DNA of 58,293 bases from contig JBGQIB010000005.1 in the NCBI GenBank assembly GCA_041498295.1, forward strand, positions 1-58,293, in the 5' to 3' direction. Positions within the stretch are counted from its first letter, which is position 1. Each line of letters begins with the position of its first letter. Below the pieces are notes generated by a model that ran no database searches, had not been told where the DNA came from, and saw only the letters and a program-made list of their open reading frames with translations. The DNA is from a bacterium (GTDB taxonomy: Bacteria > Myxococcota_A > UBA9160 > SZUA-336). Positions 1-9,351 of this stretch are shown here, piece by piece. The position numbers were made by a program, and so were the translations under genes.

Positions 1-25
1 CGCTTGCGCCGCGTATGATGGCGCG

Positions 26-1183
26 ATGACGCAGACAGCGGCGCTCTCGGGTGCTCGATTGGTCGAGCGCGCGCGCGAGCTCCAGCCGCTCGTGCGCAGC
101 TTCGCGGACCGGGGCGAAGCGGAGCGCACGCCGCCGCTCGAGGTCGTGCGCGCGCTGCGCGAGGCGGGGCTGTTCCGGATCGCGGTCGCGGCCGAGGTCG
201 GCGGCGCGGAGGCGACGCCGCGTGAGCAGATACTCGCGATCGAGGCGATCTCGGAGGCGGACGGCGCGGCCGGCTGGGCGCTGATGATCGGCGTCGAGAA
301 CCTCGGCTTCGCGAGCGCGCATCTCCAACCCGACGTCGCGGAGCAAGTAATCGCGAAGCACCCCGAGGTGATCTTCTCGGGCGCGCTGAATCCACTCGGC
401 CGCGCGTCGCGCGTGGACGGAGGCGTGCGCGTGAGCGGACGCTGGCCGTTCGCGAGCGGCTGCCTGCACAGTGACTGGTTCTGGGGTCAGTGCGTGCTCG
501 ACCAGGACGGCAAGCCGGAGCTCCTCGAGGTTCTCGTTCCGCGGACTGACTTCGAGGTGCTCGACACCTGGCACGTCGCGGGGCTGCGCGGCTCCGGAAG
601 TCACGACGTGGAGATCCGCGACGTGTTCGTGCCCGAGCGCTTCACCACGCGCGTGGGCCTGGGGCACGTGCACGCGAAAGGGGCACTGTTCCGCTTGCCG
701 CCGTTCAGCCGCCTCGCGTACAACAAGGTCGGAGTGGCGACGGGCATCGGGCGCGCCGCGCTCGACGCGTTCATCGAGCTCGCGTCCGAGCGCGTACCGC
801 GCGGCATGCGCGCGCCGCTGCGCGAGCGCCGCTTCGCTCAGGAGTCGATCGCCGAAGCGGAGACCGTGCTGCGCTCCGCGCGCGCGTTCGTGTTCGAGTC
901 GGTCGAGGAGCTGTGGCAGGAGACTTGCGCCGGGCGCACACCCAGCGCGAAGCAGCGCGCGCTCGTGCAGCTCGCGTGCTCGAAGGCGGTCGCGGCCGCG
1001 GCGCGCGCGGTGGAGATCGTGCACGCCGCGGCGGGCACGAGCGCGAACACGCTGTCGAGCCCGCTCGAGCGGCGCATGCGCGACGTACACGTGGTCGGGC
1101 AACACATCATCGTGTCGCCCGCGCTCATCGAGCCGGCGTCGCGCGTCCTGCTGGGGCTCCCTTCGGGTACGTTTTTCTTCTGA
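26..1183 (+). CDS. Acyl-CoA dehydrogenase-fold flavin-dependent hydroxylase (HsaA/IacA-like)
   Basis: 385 aa; motifs VSGRWPFASGCLHSDW, DTWHVAGLRGSGSHDV and LERRMRDVH typical of two-component monooxygenase oxygenases. Confidence 0.85.
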   Translation: MTQTAALSGARLVERARELQPLVRSFADRGEAERTPPLEVVRALREAGLFRIAVAAEVGGAEATPREQILAIEAISEADGAAGWALMIGVENLGFASAHLQPDVAEQVIAKHPEVIFSGALNPLGRASRVDGGVRVSGRWPFASGCLHSDWFWGQCVLDQDGKPELLEVLVPRTDFEVLDTWHVAGLRGSGSHDVEIRDVFVPERFTTRVGLGHVHAKGALFRLPPFSRLAYNKVGVATGIGRAALDAFIELASERVPRGMRAPLRERRFAQESIAEAETVLRSARAFVFESVEELWQETCAGRTPSAKQRALVQLACSKAVAAAARAVEIVHAAAGTSANTLSSPLERRMRDVHVVGQHIIVSPALIEPASRVLLGLPSGTFFF

Positions 1184-1517
1184 CGGCGCTGGCGACGCGA
1201 AGCGCGCGCCTAGCCCAGCCGACGAGCGCTTCCCCGTCGTCGAGCTCGGCTTCGGGCAGCGACCAGTAGCTCGCGACGCGCACCTCGCGGAGCTTGGTTA
1301 GATAGCGGAACGCCTCGGAGCCGAGTGACTCGAGCTCGCTGGCGAGCACGGCATCGGTCCGCAGGAAGAGCATCCCCTTGCTGACGAACGCGAACTGCAC
1401 GCCCCCGACGACGAGGCCGTGCCCGCCGAAGAAACGGCGCGCGCGCACGGCGCCGATGGGCACGAGCACGTCCACGAGGTACGCGACCAGCTCGTCCCCG
1501 GGCTTCGGCGCGCTCAA
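1125..1517 (-). CDS. TfoX/Sxy N-terminal domain protein
   Basis: RARRFFGGHGL, LFLRTD and SYWSLP..LDDGEALVGWARRAL motifs; TTG start overlaps upstream stop (TTGA). Confidence 0.8.
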   Translation of the reverse strand: MSAPKPGDELVAYLVDVLVPIGAVRARRFFGGHGLVVGGVQFAFVSKGMLFLRTDAVLASELESLGSEAFRYLTKLREVRVASYWSLPEAELDDGEALVGWARRALRVASAVRRKTYPKGAPAGRATPAR

Positions 1518-1873
1518 CGGAGGACGGCCTCGACGTCGCCGAAGAAGCCGCGGACGCGCTGAATGCGCCCGTCGGACCCGCTTTCGGCGAAGCTGATGCC
1601 CGGCGCGACGACCGCGCCCGCAGCGTCGAGCTGGTCCCAGCGTGCGACGCTGCAGCCGTGGTGCGCGCTCACTGCCCGGATGTGGAACGAGTGACCGGGG
1701 AAGCCGCGCTGAAATCCGGCCATGTAGTCCGAGAACGCGCGCAGCCCGGCGATCGAGACGTTCGGATCCGTGTACGAGACGTCGCCCGCGACGCACGCCG
1801 CGAGCTCTCGCTCGCGCCGGTCCGCGTCGAGTGACCAGATCCCCGCGTAGCGTCGCCATTGCTCAAGAGTCAT
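1514..1873 (-). CDS. SnoaL/NTF2-like protein
   Basis: 119 aa; YTDP and GISFAE..DGRIQRVRGFF pattern. Confidence 0.75.
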   Translation of the reverse strand: MTLEQWRRYAGIWSLDADRRERELAACVAGDVSYTDPNVSIAGLRAFSDYMAGFQRGFPGHSFHIRAVSAHHGCSVARWDQLDAAGAVVAPGISFAESGSDGRIQRVRGFFGDVEAVLR

Positions 1874-2459
1874 CGCGCTCTCCTCTGAAGGCGTCGTCCA
1901 CCAGCTCGTCGATCAGCGCTTCGAGCTCCGCCCGCTCGTGGCCGAAGCGGACCAGGACGAGCAGACCTTGGTAGGCGTGGAGCAAGCGCAGCCCCGTGCT
2001 CCGGTGCGACCGGCGAGACGCGCCCTGGCCCAGCGCGCGCGCGCGTCGCGACTGCTTCTCGAACGCATCGGCGAGCAGTCGGAAGCCCTCGTTCACCCTC
2101 GCCGTGACTGGCTTCGAAGCGCTCGAGAACTCGACGGCCGTGTTCGTGAGCAGACAGCCGAAGTGGCCGCCTCCCGGCTCGTCTAGGATCGAGCGAAACA
2201 GCGCGCGCAGCTCCTCGACCGGCGCATCGCCCAAGAGGTGAGTCTCGATGCGCTTGCGCACGACGTGCTCGTTGTAGTGGTCGAGCGCCGCGAGGAAGAG
2301 CTCCTTCTTGCCGCCGAAGCTGTGATACAGGCTGCCCGGCAGGAGACCGGTCGCGCGCTCGAGATCCTTCATCGTCGTCGCTTCGTAGCCGCGCACGCGA
2401 AACGCGCGCATCGCCGCGCGCAGTGCGTCGTCCGCGTCGAAGCTGAGGGGGCGGCCCAA
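1863..2459 (-). CDS. TetR/AcrR family regulator (NemR/ComR-like)
   Basis: GRPLSFD..GYEATTMKDLERATGLLPGSLYHSFGGKKELF HTH and GCLLTNTAVE; TTG start inferred. Confidence 0.9.
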   Translation of the reverse strand: MGRPLSFDADDALRAAMRAFRVRGYEATTMKDLERATGLLPGSLYHSFGGKKELFLAALDHYNEHVVRKRIETHLLGDAPVEELRALFRSILDEPGGGHFGCLLTNTAVEFSSASKPVTARVNEGFRLLADAFEKQSRRARALGQGASRRSHRSTGLRLLHAYQGLLVLVRFGHERAELEALIDELVDDAFRGERDDS

Positions 2460-2564
2460 GTTCTTGGTCAACCACTCAAAAATAGCGGCTCGTGCACGCA
2501 CGCACACTCCGAGGTTGACCTGCCGTCGGTGGCGAGCGTACGGTGGCGAGCGAAGGAGACACCC

Positions 2565-3713
2565 ATGCGCATACGCAGCTTCCGCTTCGCAGCAGCTTCG
2601 CTCTTGCTCCTCGCGACACCCGCCGCGGCAAAGAACTGGATCGTGCATCCAGGAGAGTCGATCCAAGCCGGCGTCGACGAGGCGCAGCCCGGCGACTCGG
2701 TGATTGTGATGGCGGGCACATACCACGAGGTCGGCGTGCCCTGCCCGACGGACGCGACTCACACCTGCGCCGTCGCCGTGACGAAGGCGGGGATCTCTCT
2801 CGTCGGCGCTCGGAACCACAAGGGCGGCGTGGTCCTCGAGAACGCCGGCGGACAAGATCAGGGAATCGCGATCGCGCCAGCGGGCGCAAACGGCGCGACC
2901 TGTTTGGACGAAGACGCGCAGCGTCTGGCTGGGGCATCGGTGACCGGCTTCACCGTGAACGGCTTCGACGGCGAAGGCATCTTCCTGTTCTGCGTCGACC
3001 GCTTCGCCGTGCGGTTCAATGAAACCAACGACAACGCCGAGTACGGCATCTTTCCGTCCCATTCGACGCGCGGCAGTGTCGCCTTCAACCTCGCCACGGG
3101 CTCGAACGACACGGGCGTGTACATCGGCCAGTCACGCGACGTCCACGTCGAGCACAATCTCGCGAGCGGAAACGTGAGCGGCTTCGAGATCGAGAACTGC
3201 AGCGCCGTTCGCCTCGATCACAACGTCGCCACCGGGAACACCGGCGGCATCCTCAGCTTCACCCTCCCCTTCCTCGACGTGAATCAGAACACGGGCAATC
3301 GCATCGACCACAACTGGGTGCAGGGCAACAACAAGCCGAATACGTGCGTCGATCCAACGGACGCGGTCTGCGGCGTGCCGCAGGGCACGGGCATCCTCGC
3401 GCTGGCGGTCGACGAGAACCGAGTCGATCACAACATGGTGCTGAACAACGACTCGTACGGCATCGCGGTCGCGAACTTCTGCATCGCGCAGGGCCTCGAC
3501 GACGCGACGTGCGCGGCGCTCGGCATCGAGCCGAACCCCGACGGGAATCAGGTCGACCACAACGCGGCGTTCGGGAACGGCAAGCACCCTTCGCCGTTGA
3601 TCCAGCCGGTGTTCGCGGTCGACCTGGCCTGGGACGGCTCCGGTGTCGGCAACTGCTGGGACAAGAACGCGTTCAAGACGGAGTTCCCGCCGGAGCTGCC
3701 GACGTGTAAGTGA
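2565..3713 (+). CDS. Secreted right-handed parallel beta-helix protein
   Basis: AGGAG RBS, signal peptide, VHPGESIQAGVDEAQPGD, NDNAEYGIFP, GSNDTGVYIGQS, GNVSGFEIEN and GNTGGILSF repeats. Confidence 0.85.
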   Translation: MRIRSFRFAAASLLLLATPAAAKNWIVHPGESIQAGVDEAQPGDSVIVMAGTYHEVGVPCPTDATHTCAVAVTKAGISLVGARNHKGGVVLENAGGQDQGIAIAPAGANGATCLDEDAQRLAGASVTGFTVNGFDGEGIFLFCVDRFAVRFNETNDNAEYGIFPSHSTRGSVAFNLATGSNDTGVYIGQSRDVHVEHNLASGNVSGFEIENCSAVRLDHNVATGNTGGILSFTLPFLDVNQNTGNRIDHNWVQGNNKPNTCVDPTDAVCGVPQGTGILALAVDENRVDHNMVLNNDSYGIAVANFCIAQGLDDATCAALGIEPNPDGNQVDHNAAFGNGKHPSPLIQPVFAVDLAWDGSGVGNCWDKNAFKTEFPPELPTCK

Positions 3714-3719
3714 TGCGAG

Positions 3720-4181
3720 TCACCGGCTGGCCCGCAGCCGAGCTACTCTTTCGGCGGGCCAGACGTCGTCGAGCTTGTAGATGCTCTGGACGGCGCGTGC
3801 GCCCTCCGGCAGCACGATCCACGGGAGCTTCGTGCACGTAAAGATGTGGATGTCGGGGACGACCGTGCTCGGGTCGTCGAGCGTACCCGCGCGCACGAAC
3901 CAGCACTCGGCGGGCACCATGCGATAGTCACTCCATACGTACGTGCCGCACGTTCCGCAGAAGTAGACGACGTGGTCTTGGCCGCTTCCGCCGGACAGCC
4001 TGAACGACCTCGGTTCGGCGCCCTTCGCCGTGACGAACTTCTTCTCGATCCAAAGATTGATCACGAACGGACCGCCCGTGATGCGCTGGCAATCCCGGCA
4101 GTGACAAGCGTGCACGATCAAAGGGTCCGCGCTGAGCTCGTAGCGGATCGCGCCGCACGAGCAGCCTCCTGTTCGAGTCAT
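3720..4181 (-). CDS. GFA (CENP-V/Mss4-like) family protein
   Basis: GGCSCGAIRY, CHCRDCQR, FCGTCGT. Confidence 0.9.
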   Translation of the reverse strand: MTRTGGCSCGAIRYELSADPLIVHACHCRDCQRITGGPFVINLWIEKKFVTAKGAEPRSFRLSGGSGQDHVVYFCGTCGTYVWSDYRMVPAECWFVRAGTLDDPSTVVPDIHIFTCTKLPWIVLPEGARAVQSIYKLDDVWPAERVARLRASR

Positions 4182-4252
4182 GTCGTCCTCCTCGCCCCTG
4201 ATGTACCGCGGACCGGCGCCGCAGACTTGGAGGAAGTTGCTCCGTCCGGAGC

Positions 4253-5536
4253 TCAGGGAATCGAGATCGCGCCCATGAACTCGTTCATGCGCTCGCGCGC
4301 GTACTCACCCTGCTCGGGGATCGGCACCTCGGCGGGAATGCGCACGATGAGCGAAATCTCGACCAGGAGATCGCGGCGCGCGAGATAGCGACTCACTCCG
4401 ATCGTGGTCGGGCTGGTATCGGGTGGGCTCTGCTTGTACGGCGCGGTCGGGAAACAGGGAGTCGCCGCGCGACTTCGAACCAGCACCTCGATGAGCGCGC
4501 CCCAGGGTCCGTCGAGCTCGCGGAGGAGCACCTCGTCGCGCGCGAGGCCGACGCTCTGGCCCTCGACCTGTTGCAGGATCGCCTTGTGCACCTGCGCGCT
4601 GCCCTGCATGCGCTTGGGCAGGATCGTGCGCACGACGGCCGCGGTGCTCGGTTGCAGCGTTCCAGCCGAGAACGCGAGATAGTCGTCTCGCACGCCGCGC
4701 GCGGTGTCGTTCAACTGAATGCGCACGTCGAGCGTCTCGACGTACGGGAGCTGCGGAAAGACCACCGCAACGTCTCCGCCGGGAAATTCGAAGCGGCCGC
4801 TCTTGCGGAGTGACTCGGCGTCTGGATGCGCGGACTGCTCGTTCGACACCCTCCCCTCGCGGCAGCTCGCGTGATCCTCCCAGATGGCGCCGATGCTCTT
4901 GGCGCGCGCGGCCGGCCCGATCTGGTACGAGGAGCCGAGTTTGTCGAACGGCCCGCCGGGTGCGCGCTTCGCGCCATCCAAGCCCGCGGCCGTATACACG
5001 CGCAGCCGCTCGAGCACCGCCTCGCTGCGCAGGCCCAGGTCATGGGCGCGCTTGAAGTCCGCGTGCGCCTCCGCCTTGCGCCCCATGCGCTCGTAGAGGA
5101 GCCCGCGGTCGAAGAGCGCCTCGTCGTCGTCCGGCCGGAGCTCGAGCGCCTGGTCGTAGTCCGCGAGCGCCTTCTCGCGGTCGCCCGCGTCCGACCATGC
5201 GGTCCCGCGACTCACGTAGTCCTCCCACGGATCGTCCGGACCGAGCGCGAGCGAGTACCCGAAGTATGCGGCCGCCTTCGCGGGCTCGCCCGTCATCCGG
5301 TAGGTGTCACCGATGTTGCGGTAGGTGCGCCCGAGTGAGTGTCGAGTCAGGTTGCCCTTGTCGATGCAACCCTCGAAGAGCCCGAGCGCTTGGTCGTATT
5401 GTCCGGACTGACTCGCGCGCGAGCCCTGCAGGCAGAGGCTCAGGTCCTCTTCCTTGCGCTCGCCGGGAGACGCACAGCCCGCGAGAAGCAGCGCCGCCAC
5501 GGCGAGGACCGGTCTCGTGCGCTCGCCGCGACTCAC
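4253..5536 (-). CDS. TPR-repeat lipoprotein with uncharacterised C-terminal domain
   Basis: Lipobox LLLAGC; TPR repeats (ALADYDQALELRPDD..ALFDRGLLY); GTG start overlaps upstream TGA. Confidence 0.75.
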   Translation of the reverse strand: MSRGERTRPVLAVAALLLAGCASPGERKEEDLSLCLQGSRASQSGQYDQALGLFEGCIDKGNLTRHSLGRTYRNIGDTYRMTGEPAKAAAYFGYSLALGPDDPWEDYVSRGTAWSDAGDREKALADYDQALELRPDDDEALFDRGLLYERMGRKAEAHADFKRAHDLGLRSEAVLERLRVYTAAGLDGAKRAPGGPFDKLGSSYQIGPAARAKSIGAIWEDHASCREGRVSNEQSAHPDAESLRKSGRFEFPGGDVAVVFPQLPYVETLDVRIQLNDTARGVRDDYLAFSAGTLQPSTAAVVRTILPKRMQGSAQVHKAILQQVEGQSVGLARDEVLLRELDGPWGALIEVLVRSRAATPCFPTAPYKQSPPDTSPTTIGVSRYLARRDLLVEISLIVRIPAEVPIPEQGEYARERMNEFMGAISIP

Positions 5537-6354
5537 CCGTCGTAGAAGAACGGCCCGTGCAGGCCGAGGAGGGTGCGCTCGCGAGGCGACCGGATGCGTG
5601 CGGTCGCTTCGGGCGAGAGGTGATTCACGTCCGCGGTGGTGCGGATCCGCTGCGCGAGGTCGCGGCGCGCGTAGTGCGCTTGCAGGAAGAGCCGGCCGAA
5701 CCCGCCCGGTTTCGCCGGCAGGCCGCGGTGCCATGCATCGGAGGCGAACAGCGCGACGTCGCCCGCGCGCGCCTCGAGCGCGACCGCGGGCCGACCCTCG
5801 TAGTCGAGCTTCTCGTCGTTCAGTCGGTCGAAGGGCGCCAGGCGACCCGAGCGATGACTCCCCGGGATGACCGCCGTCGGTCCGCACTCGAGCGGGCAGT
5901 CCTTCAGATACAAGTGAGCGCCGATCGCGAAGATCGGATACGGGATGCGGTCGTCCCAGGGGACGCCCTCGGGACGCGGAACGTGGGGCCCGGCGTCGCA
6001 ATGCCACGGCCCGCCCGCGAAGTCGGCGGGGTTCCACCAAGCGGTGTTGGCGATGACGTGGCAATCCTCGCCGAGCAGCGGCTCGATCACGGCCAGGATC
6101 CCCGGATGCCCCACGGCGGCCTGACAAGCGGCCGCGCGGTTCAGCATCTCGTAGCGGAACTCGGAGCGATCGGTCCGCCCGCGCTCGGCGGGCAGGCTCG
6201 CGAACACCTTGGCGATCTCGTCGGTCAGCTGCGCGATGAGCTCCGGCTCGAGCACCCCGCGCACCACGGCGTATCCGTCTCGTTCGAGCTGTGCGCTGGC
6301 CTCGGGGGCCTCGCCCTTCCGCAGCGTCAAGTTGCCACCGATGCGCCGGATCAT
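5533..6354 (-). CDS. Phytanoyl-CoA dioxygenase (PhyH) family 2OG-Fe(II) oxygenase
   Basis: WHCD (HxD), GPTAVIPGSH, AGDVALF..WHRG. Confidence 0.85.
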   Translation of the reverse strand: MIRRIGGNLTLRKGEAPEASAQLERDGYAVVRGVLEPELIAQLTDEIAKVFASLPAERGRTDRSEFRYEMLNRAAACQAAVGHPGILAVIEPLLGEDCHVIANTAWWNPADFAGGPWHCDAGPHVPRPEGVPWDDRIPYPIFAIGAHLYLKDCPLECGPTAVIPGSHRSGRLAPFDRLNDEKLDYEGRPAVALEARAGDVALFASDAWHRGLPAKPGGFGRLFLQAHYARRDLAQRIRTTADVNHLSPEATARIRSPRERTLLGLHGPFFYDG

Positions 6355-6469
6355 GGACCCGCAATCGGATCAGACGGCTCGCCGCGAGTCAACCGGAGGA
6401 ACGGCGTTCGAGTCAGTGGCGCTCAAGCGCGCGGCCCGCCGGGACGAATCAGGGACGGGGAGACGGCGC

Positions 6470-6979
6470 GTGACTCGACAGTCCTGCCGCGGCGTGTGGA
6501 TCCCGCTCGTGACGCTCCTGTTGGCGCTGGCGAGCCACGCGCGAAGCGACGAGCCGAAGACTTACCGGTGGGTCGGTGAAGACGGGCACGTCTACACGAG
6601 CACCACGCCGCCGCCGAACGGCGAGGGCGTCATCGAGACCAAGTCCGTCGCGCCGCCCGGGCAGGCAAAGTCAGCCGCCGCCAAGCCCGCCACGAGCGCG
6701 CCAGCGCCGGCGAGTGCCGACGGCAACGGAAGCAACTGCGCGAGATACCAGAGCTGGGTCGACCAATGGCAGCTCGCGACCCGCTCGGTCGAGTCCGCCG
6801 AGGAGAGCTTGGACCGCCTGCAGTCCGACACGGACAGCTACCTGCGCCGCAATGACTCGTACTACGAGACACAGCTCGAGTCCGCCGAGGATCGCGTCAG
6901 CCGCGCCCAGGAGCGGCTGAACCAAGTCGAAGACGACGCCAAGCGCGCCGGAGTTCCGCAGTCCTGCTTCACGCAGTGA
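6470..6979 (+). CDS. DUF4124-domain secreted protein
   Basis: Signal peptide then YRWVGEDGHVYTSTTPP; C-terminal coiled coil. Confidence 0.7.
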   Translation: MTRQSCRGVWIPLVTLLLALASHARSDEPKTYRWVGEDGHVYTSTTPPPNGEGVIETKSVAPPGQAKSAAAKPATSAPAPASADGNGSNCARYQSWVDQWQLATRSVESAEESLDRLQSDTDSYLRRNDSYYETQLESAEDRVSRAQERLNQVEDDAKRAGVPQSCFTQ

Positions 6980-6993
6980 GTCTGATTGACTAC

Positions 6994-7033
6994 GTTCGGC
7001 TGCACCTCACTGCGCGCGGCTACGCCGCTTGCG
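6994..7033. repeat. REP-like intergenic element, copy 1
   Basis: TTCGGCTGCACCTCACTGCGC-[GCGGC TAC GCCGC]-TTGC; same skeleton as 51375-51418. Confidence 0.45.
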
Positions 7034-7133
7034 GGCTCGGCTCGGGGCGGCCCTCGCCTCGCCGTCGTCGCACATCCGCCCCACGAGCCAACCGACCCCC
7101 GTTTCGGGTACGCTAGCGGCGAGGAGAATCGAG

Positions 7134-7541
7134 ATGAAGATCGAGGGCGGATGCTACTGCGGTGCGCTGCGCTACCAGGCGGAGGGCAACCCGGTGTTCA
7201 AAGGCCAGTGCCACTGCCGCGAGTGCCAGTACTTCTCGGGCGGACAGCCGAACGTCGTCATCGGGATGCCAGGCTCGGGTTTCTCGTACACCAAGGGCAA
7301 GCCGAAGGGGTTCAGCCGCAAGGATCTCGCAAAGCCCGTGACTCGCGAGTTCTGCGCGGAGTGCGGCACGCACATCCTGACTCACGCGCCTGGGCTCGCC
7401 GGCGCGGTCATCTTGAAGGTCGGCACGTTCGACGACCCGAGTCTCTTCGACGGACCGCAGATGGCGATCTACACGATCGACAAGCAGGCGTTTCACCACA
7501 TCCCGAGCGGCGTGCCGACGTTCGAGCGCATGCCGGGGTGA
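7134..7541 (+). CDS. GFA family protein
   Basis: GAGGAG RBS; GGCYCGALRY, CHCRECQ, FCAECGT. Confidence 0.9.
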   Translation: MKIEGGCYCGALRYQAEGNPVFKGQCHCRECQYFSGGQPNVVIGMPGSGFSYTKGKPKGFSRKDLAKPVTREFCAECGTHILTHAPGLAGAVILKVGTFDDPSLFDGPQMAIYTIDKQAFHHIPSGVPTFERMPG

Positions 7542-7542
7542 G

Positions 7543-8163
7543 TCACTCCGTCGTCGGCTTGCCGTCGAGGCGGAACTGGAACACCGAAGCGATGAACGCG
7601 CCGACGAGCGCGAGTCCCATGTCCTTCTGCGCGTCCCACTCGTCGCCCTGCGTGCCGAGATACGCGGTGCCCGCCGCCGGGTCGACGATGGCCGCGACGA
7701 TCCACTCGACGATCTCGTACCCCATGCTCCACAGCCCGACGCCGGCGGTGGCGAAGTAGAGCTTCGCGAAGCGGCCGAGCTTCGGATCGTTGCGGAAGCC
7801 GAGCTCCCGCATGGGGCGAAGCATCAGCAAGCCGAACGAGAAGTGCACGACTCGGTCGAAGTGATTGCGTGCGAGGCTGAGCGCGTCCTTCAGCCAGTCG
7901 CCGAGCGGGACGTTCGCGTACGTGTAGTGACCGCCGATCGCGTGCAGGATCATGAAGGCCGTCATCTGCACGTAGGCGCGGTCCGAGAAGCGAAAGCGGC
8001 GAAAGGTCGCGAGCGCGGCGCCTACACTGGCAAGTGTCAGCAGGTTCTCGAGCAGCCAATCCGTGCGGTTGTGCGGGGAGATCGCGCACACCGCCCAGAC
8101 CGCGAACCAAACGGCCAGGCACATCGCGGGAACGGTGATCGGCTGCCCCTGACTGCTGTTCAC
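7543..8163 (-). CDS. DUF2238 (YjdF-like) membrane protein
   Basis: DWLLEN, HAIGGHYTYANVP, RNHFDRVVHFSFG, YEIVEW, YLGTQGDEWDAQKDM. Confidence 0.9.
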   Translation of the reverse strand: MNSSQGQPITVPAMCLAVWFAVWAVCAISPHNRTDWLLENLLTLASVGAALATFRRFRFSDRAYVQMTAFMILHAIGGHYTYANVPLGDWLKDALSLARNHFDRVVHFSFGLLMLRPMRELGFRNDPKLGRFAKLYFATAGVGLWSMGYEIVEWIVAAIVDPAAGTAYLGTQGDEWDAQKDMGLALVGAFIASVFQFRLDGKPTTE

Positions 8164-8209
8164 TTCGCCCCATCCTACCCTGCGGGACGCCGCGCCCCCA
8201 TTCGCAGTT

Positions 8210-8228
8210 TTGGCACTAGCTGTGCCAT
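8210..8228. promoter_or_regulatory. Putative TetR operator TTGGCA-N7-TGCCAT overlapping a -10-like CATAAT
   Basis: Matches sites at 11011-11029 and 11053-11071. Confidence 0.55.
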
Positions 8229-8265
8229 AATCTCTCGATCGGCGGATTCGCCGGAGGGAGACTCG

Positions 8266-9348
8266 ATGGCGCGCTGGGTCAAATGGACGCTGGGACTGTC
8301 GGTCGGGGCGGCCTTGCTCGCGGCGATCGCGTGGCGCATTCCCGCGGTGCAGGACCGCGTGGTGCGCGGGGCGATCGAACGCATGGTCGGGCAGCGCACG
8401 GACTCCCTGTTCGCCGACGACGCGCTGCGCGTCGTGCTGTGCGGGACGGGATCGCCGCTGCCACACCGAACTCGTGCAAAGGCGTGCGTGGCCGTGTTCG
8501 CGGCGGGGCGCTTCTGGGTCGTCGACACGGGGCCCAACTCCTGGAATCGCATGGCACTGCTCGGCGTCGATCCCGCGCGCGTCGGCGGGATCATGTTCAC
8601 TCACTTCCACTCGGACCACATCGGAGACCTCGGCGAGTTCAACCTGAACACCTGGGTCGCGGGTCGCGAAGCTCCGCTGCGCGTCTTCGGCCCACCCGGA
8701 GTCGAGCGCGTCGTCGCGGGCTTCAACGAGGCGTACGCGCTCGACCGCGGCTACCGAGTCGCGCACCACGGCGCCGACTTTCTCCCGCCCGACCGAGGCT
8801 TGATGATCGCGGAGCCGATCGCCGAGCTCGCCGAGTCGGACGAGCGCGTCGTCTTCCTGAAGCAGGACGGTCTCGAGATCAGCGCGTTCGCGGTTCACCA
8901 CGATCCGATCAAGCCGGCCTACGGCTACCGCTTCGACTACAAGGGCCGATCGGTGGTCGTCAGTGGAGACACCGCGAAGAGCGACGCGGTCGTGCGCGCG
9001 GCCAAGGGCACGGACGTCCTGCTGCACGAGGCTCAGGCGAATCACTTGATCGCGATGATCGGCGAGGCGGCCGCGGCGGCGGGCCGACCGCGCGCCACCA
9101 AGATCATGGCCGACATCCTGTCCTATCACACGACGCCGGTCGAGGCGGCGGAGGTCGCGAACGCGGCGGGGGTGAAGCTACTCGTTCTGTATCACTTGAA
9201 TCCGCCGCCGCCCGCGAAGTTCATCGAGGCGGTCTTCTCCCGCGGTGTCTCCGACGTGCGCGCGACGGACTGGCTGCTGGCCGACGACGGCCTCTTGATC
9301 GAGCTGCCCGCGGGCTCGCCCGCCGTGATGACGAGGCAGCTCGACTGA
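8266..9348 (+). CDS. MBL-fold hydrolase, RNase Z/AtsA (ElaC)-like, N-terminally anchored
   Basis: LCGTGSPLP, THFHSDHIGD (HxHxDH), SGDT, LLHEA, YHTTP. Confidence 0.85.
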   Translation: MARWVKWTLGLSVGAALLAAIAWRIPAVQDRVVRGAIERMVGQRTDSLFADDALRVVLCGTGSPLPHRTRAKACVAVFAAGRFWVVDTGPNSWNRMALLGVDPARVGGIMFTHFHSDHIGDLGEFNLNTWVAGREAPLRVFGPPGVERVVAGFNEAYALDRGYRVAHHGADFLPPDRGLMIAEPIAELAESDERVVFLKQDGLEISAFAVHHDPIKPAYGYRFDYKGRSVVVSGDTAKSDAVVRAAKGTDVLLHEAQANHLIAMIGEAAAAAGRPRATKIMADILSYHTTPVEAAEVANAAGVKLLVLYHLNPPPPAKFIEAVFSRGVSDVRATDWLLADDGLLIELPAGSPAVMTRQLD

Positions 9349-9351
9349 CCG

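Noticed and set aside
1125-1517. TfoX domain as evidence of natural competence linked to the motif
   Set aside because: Stand-alone TfoX_N proteins are widespread; no competence genes in the window
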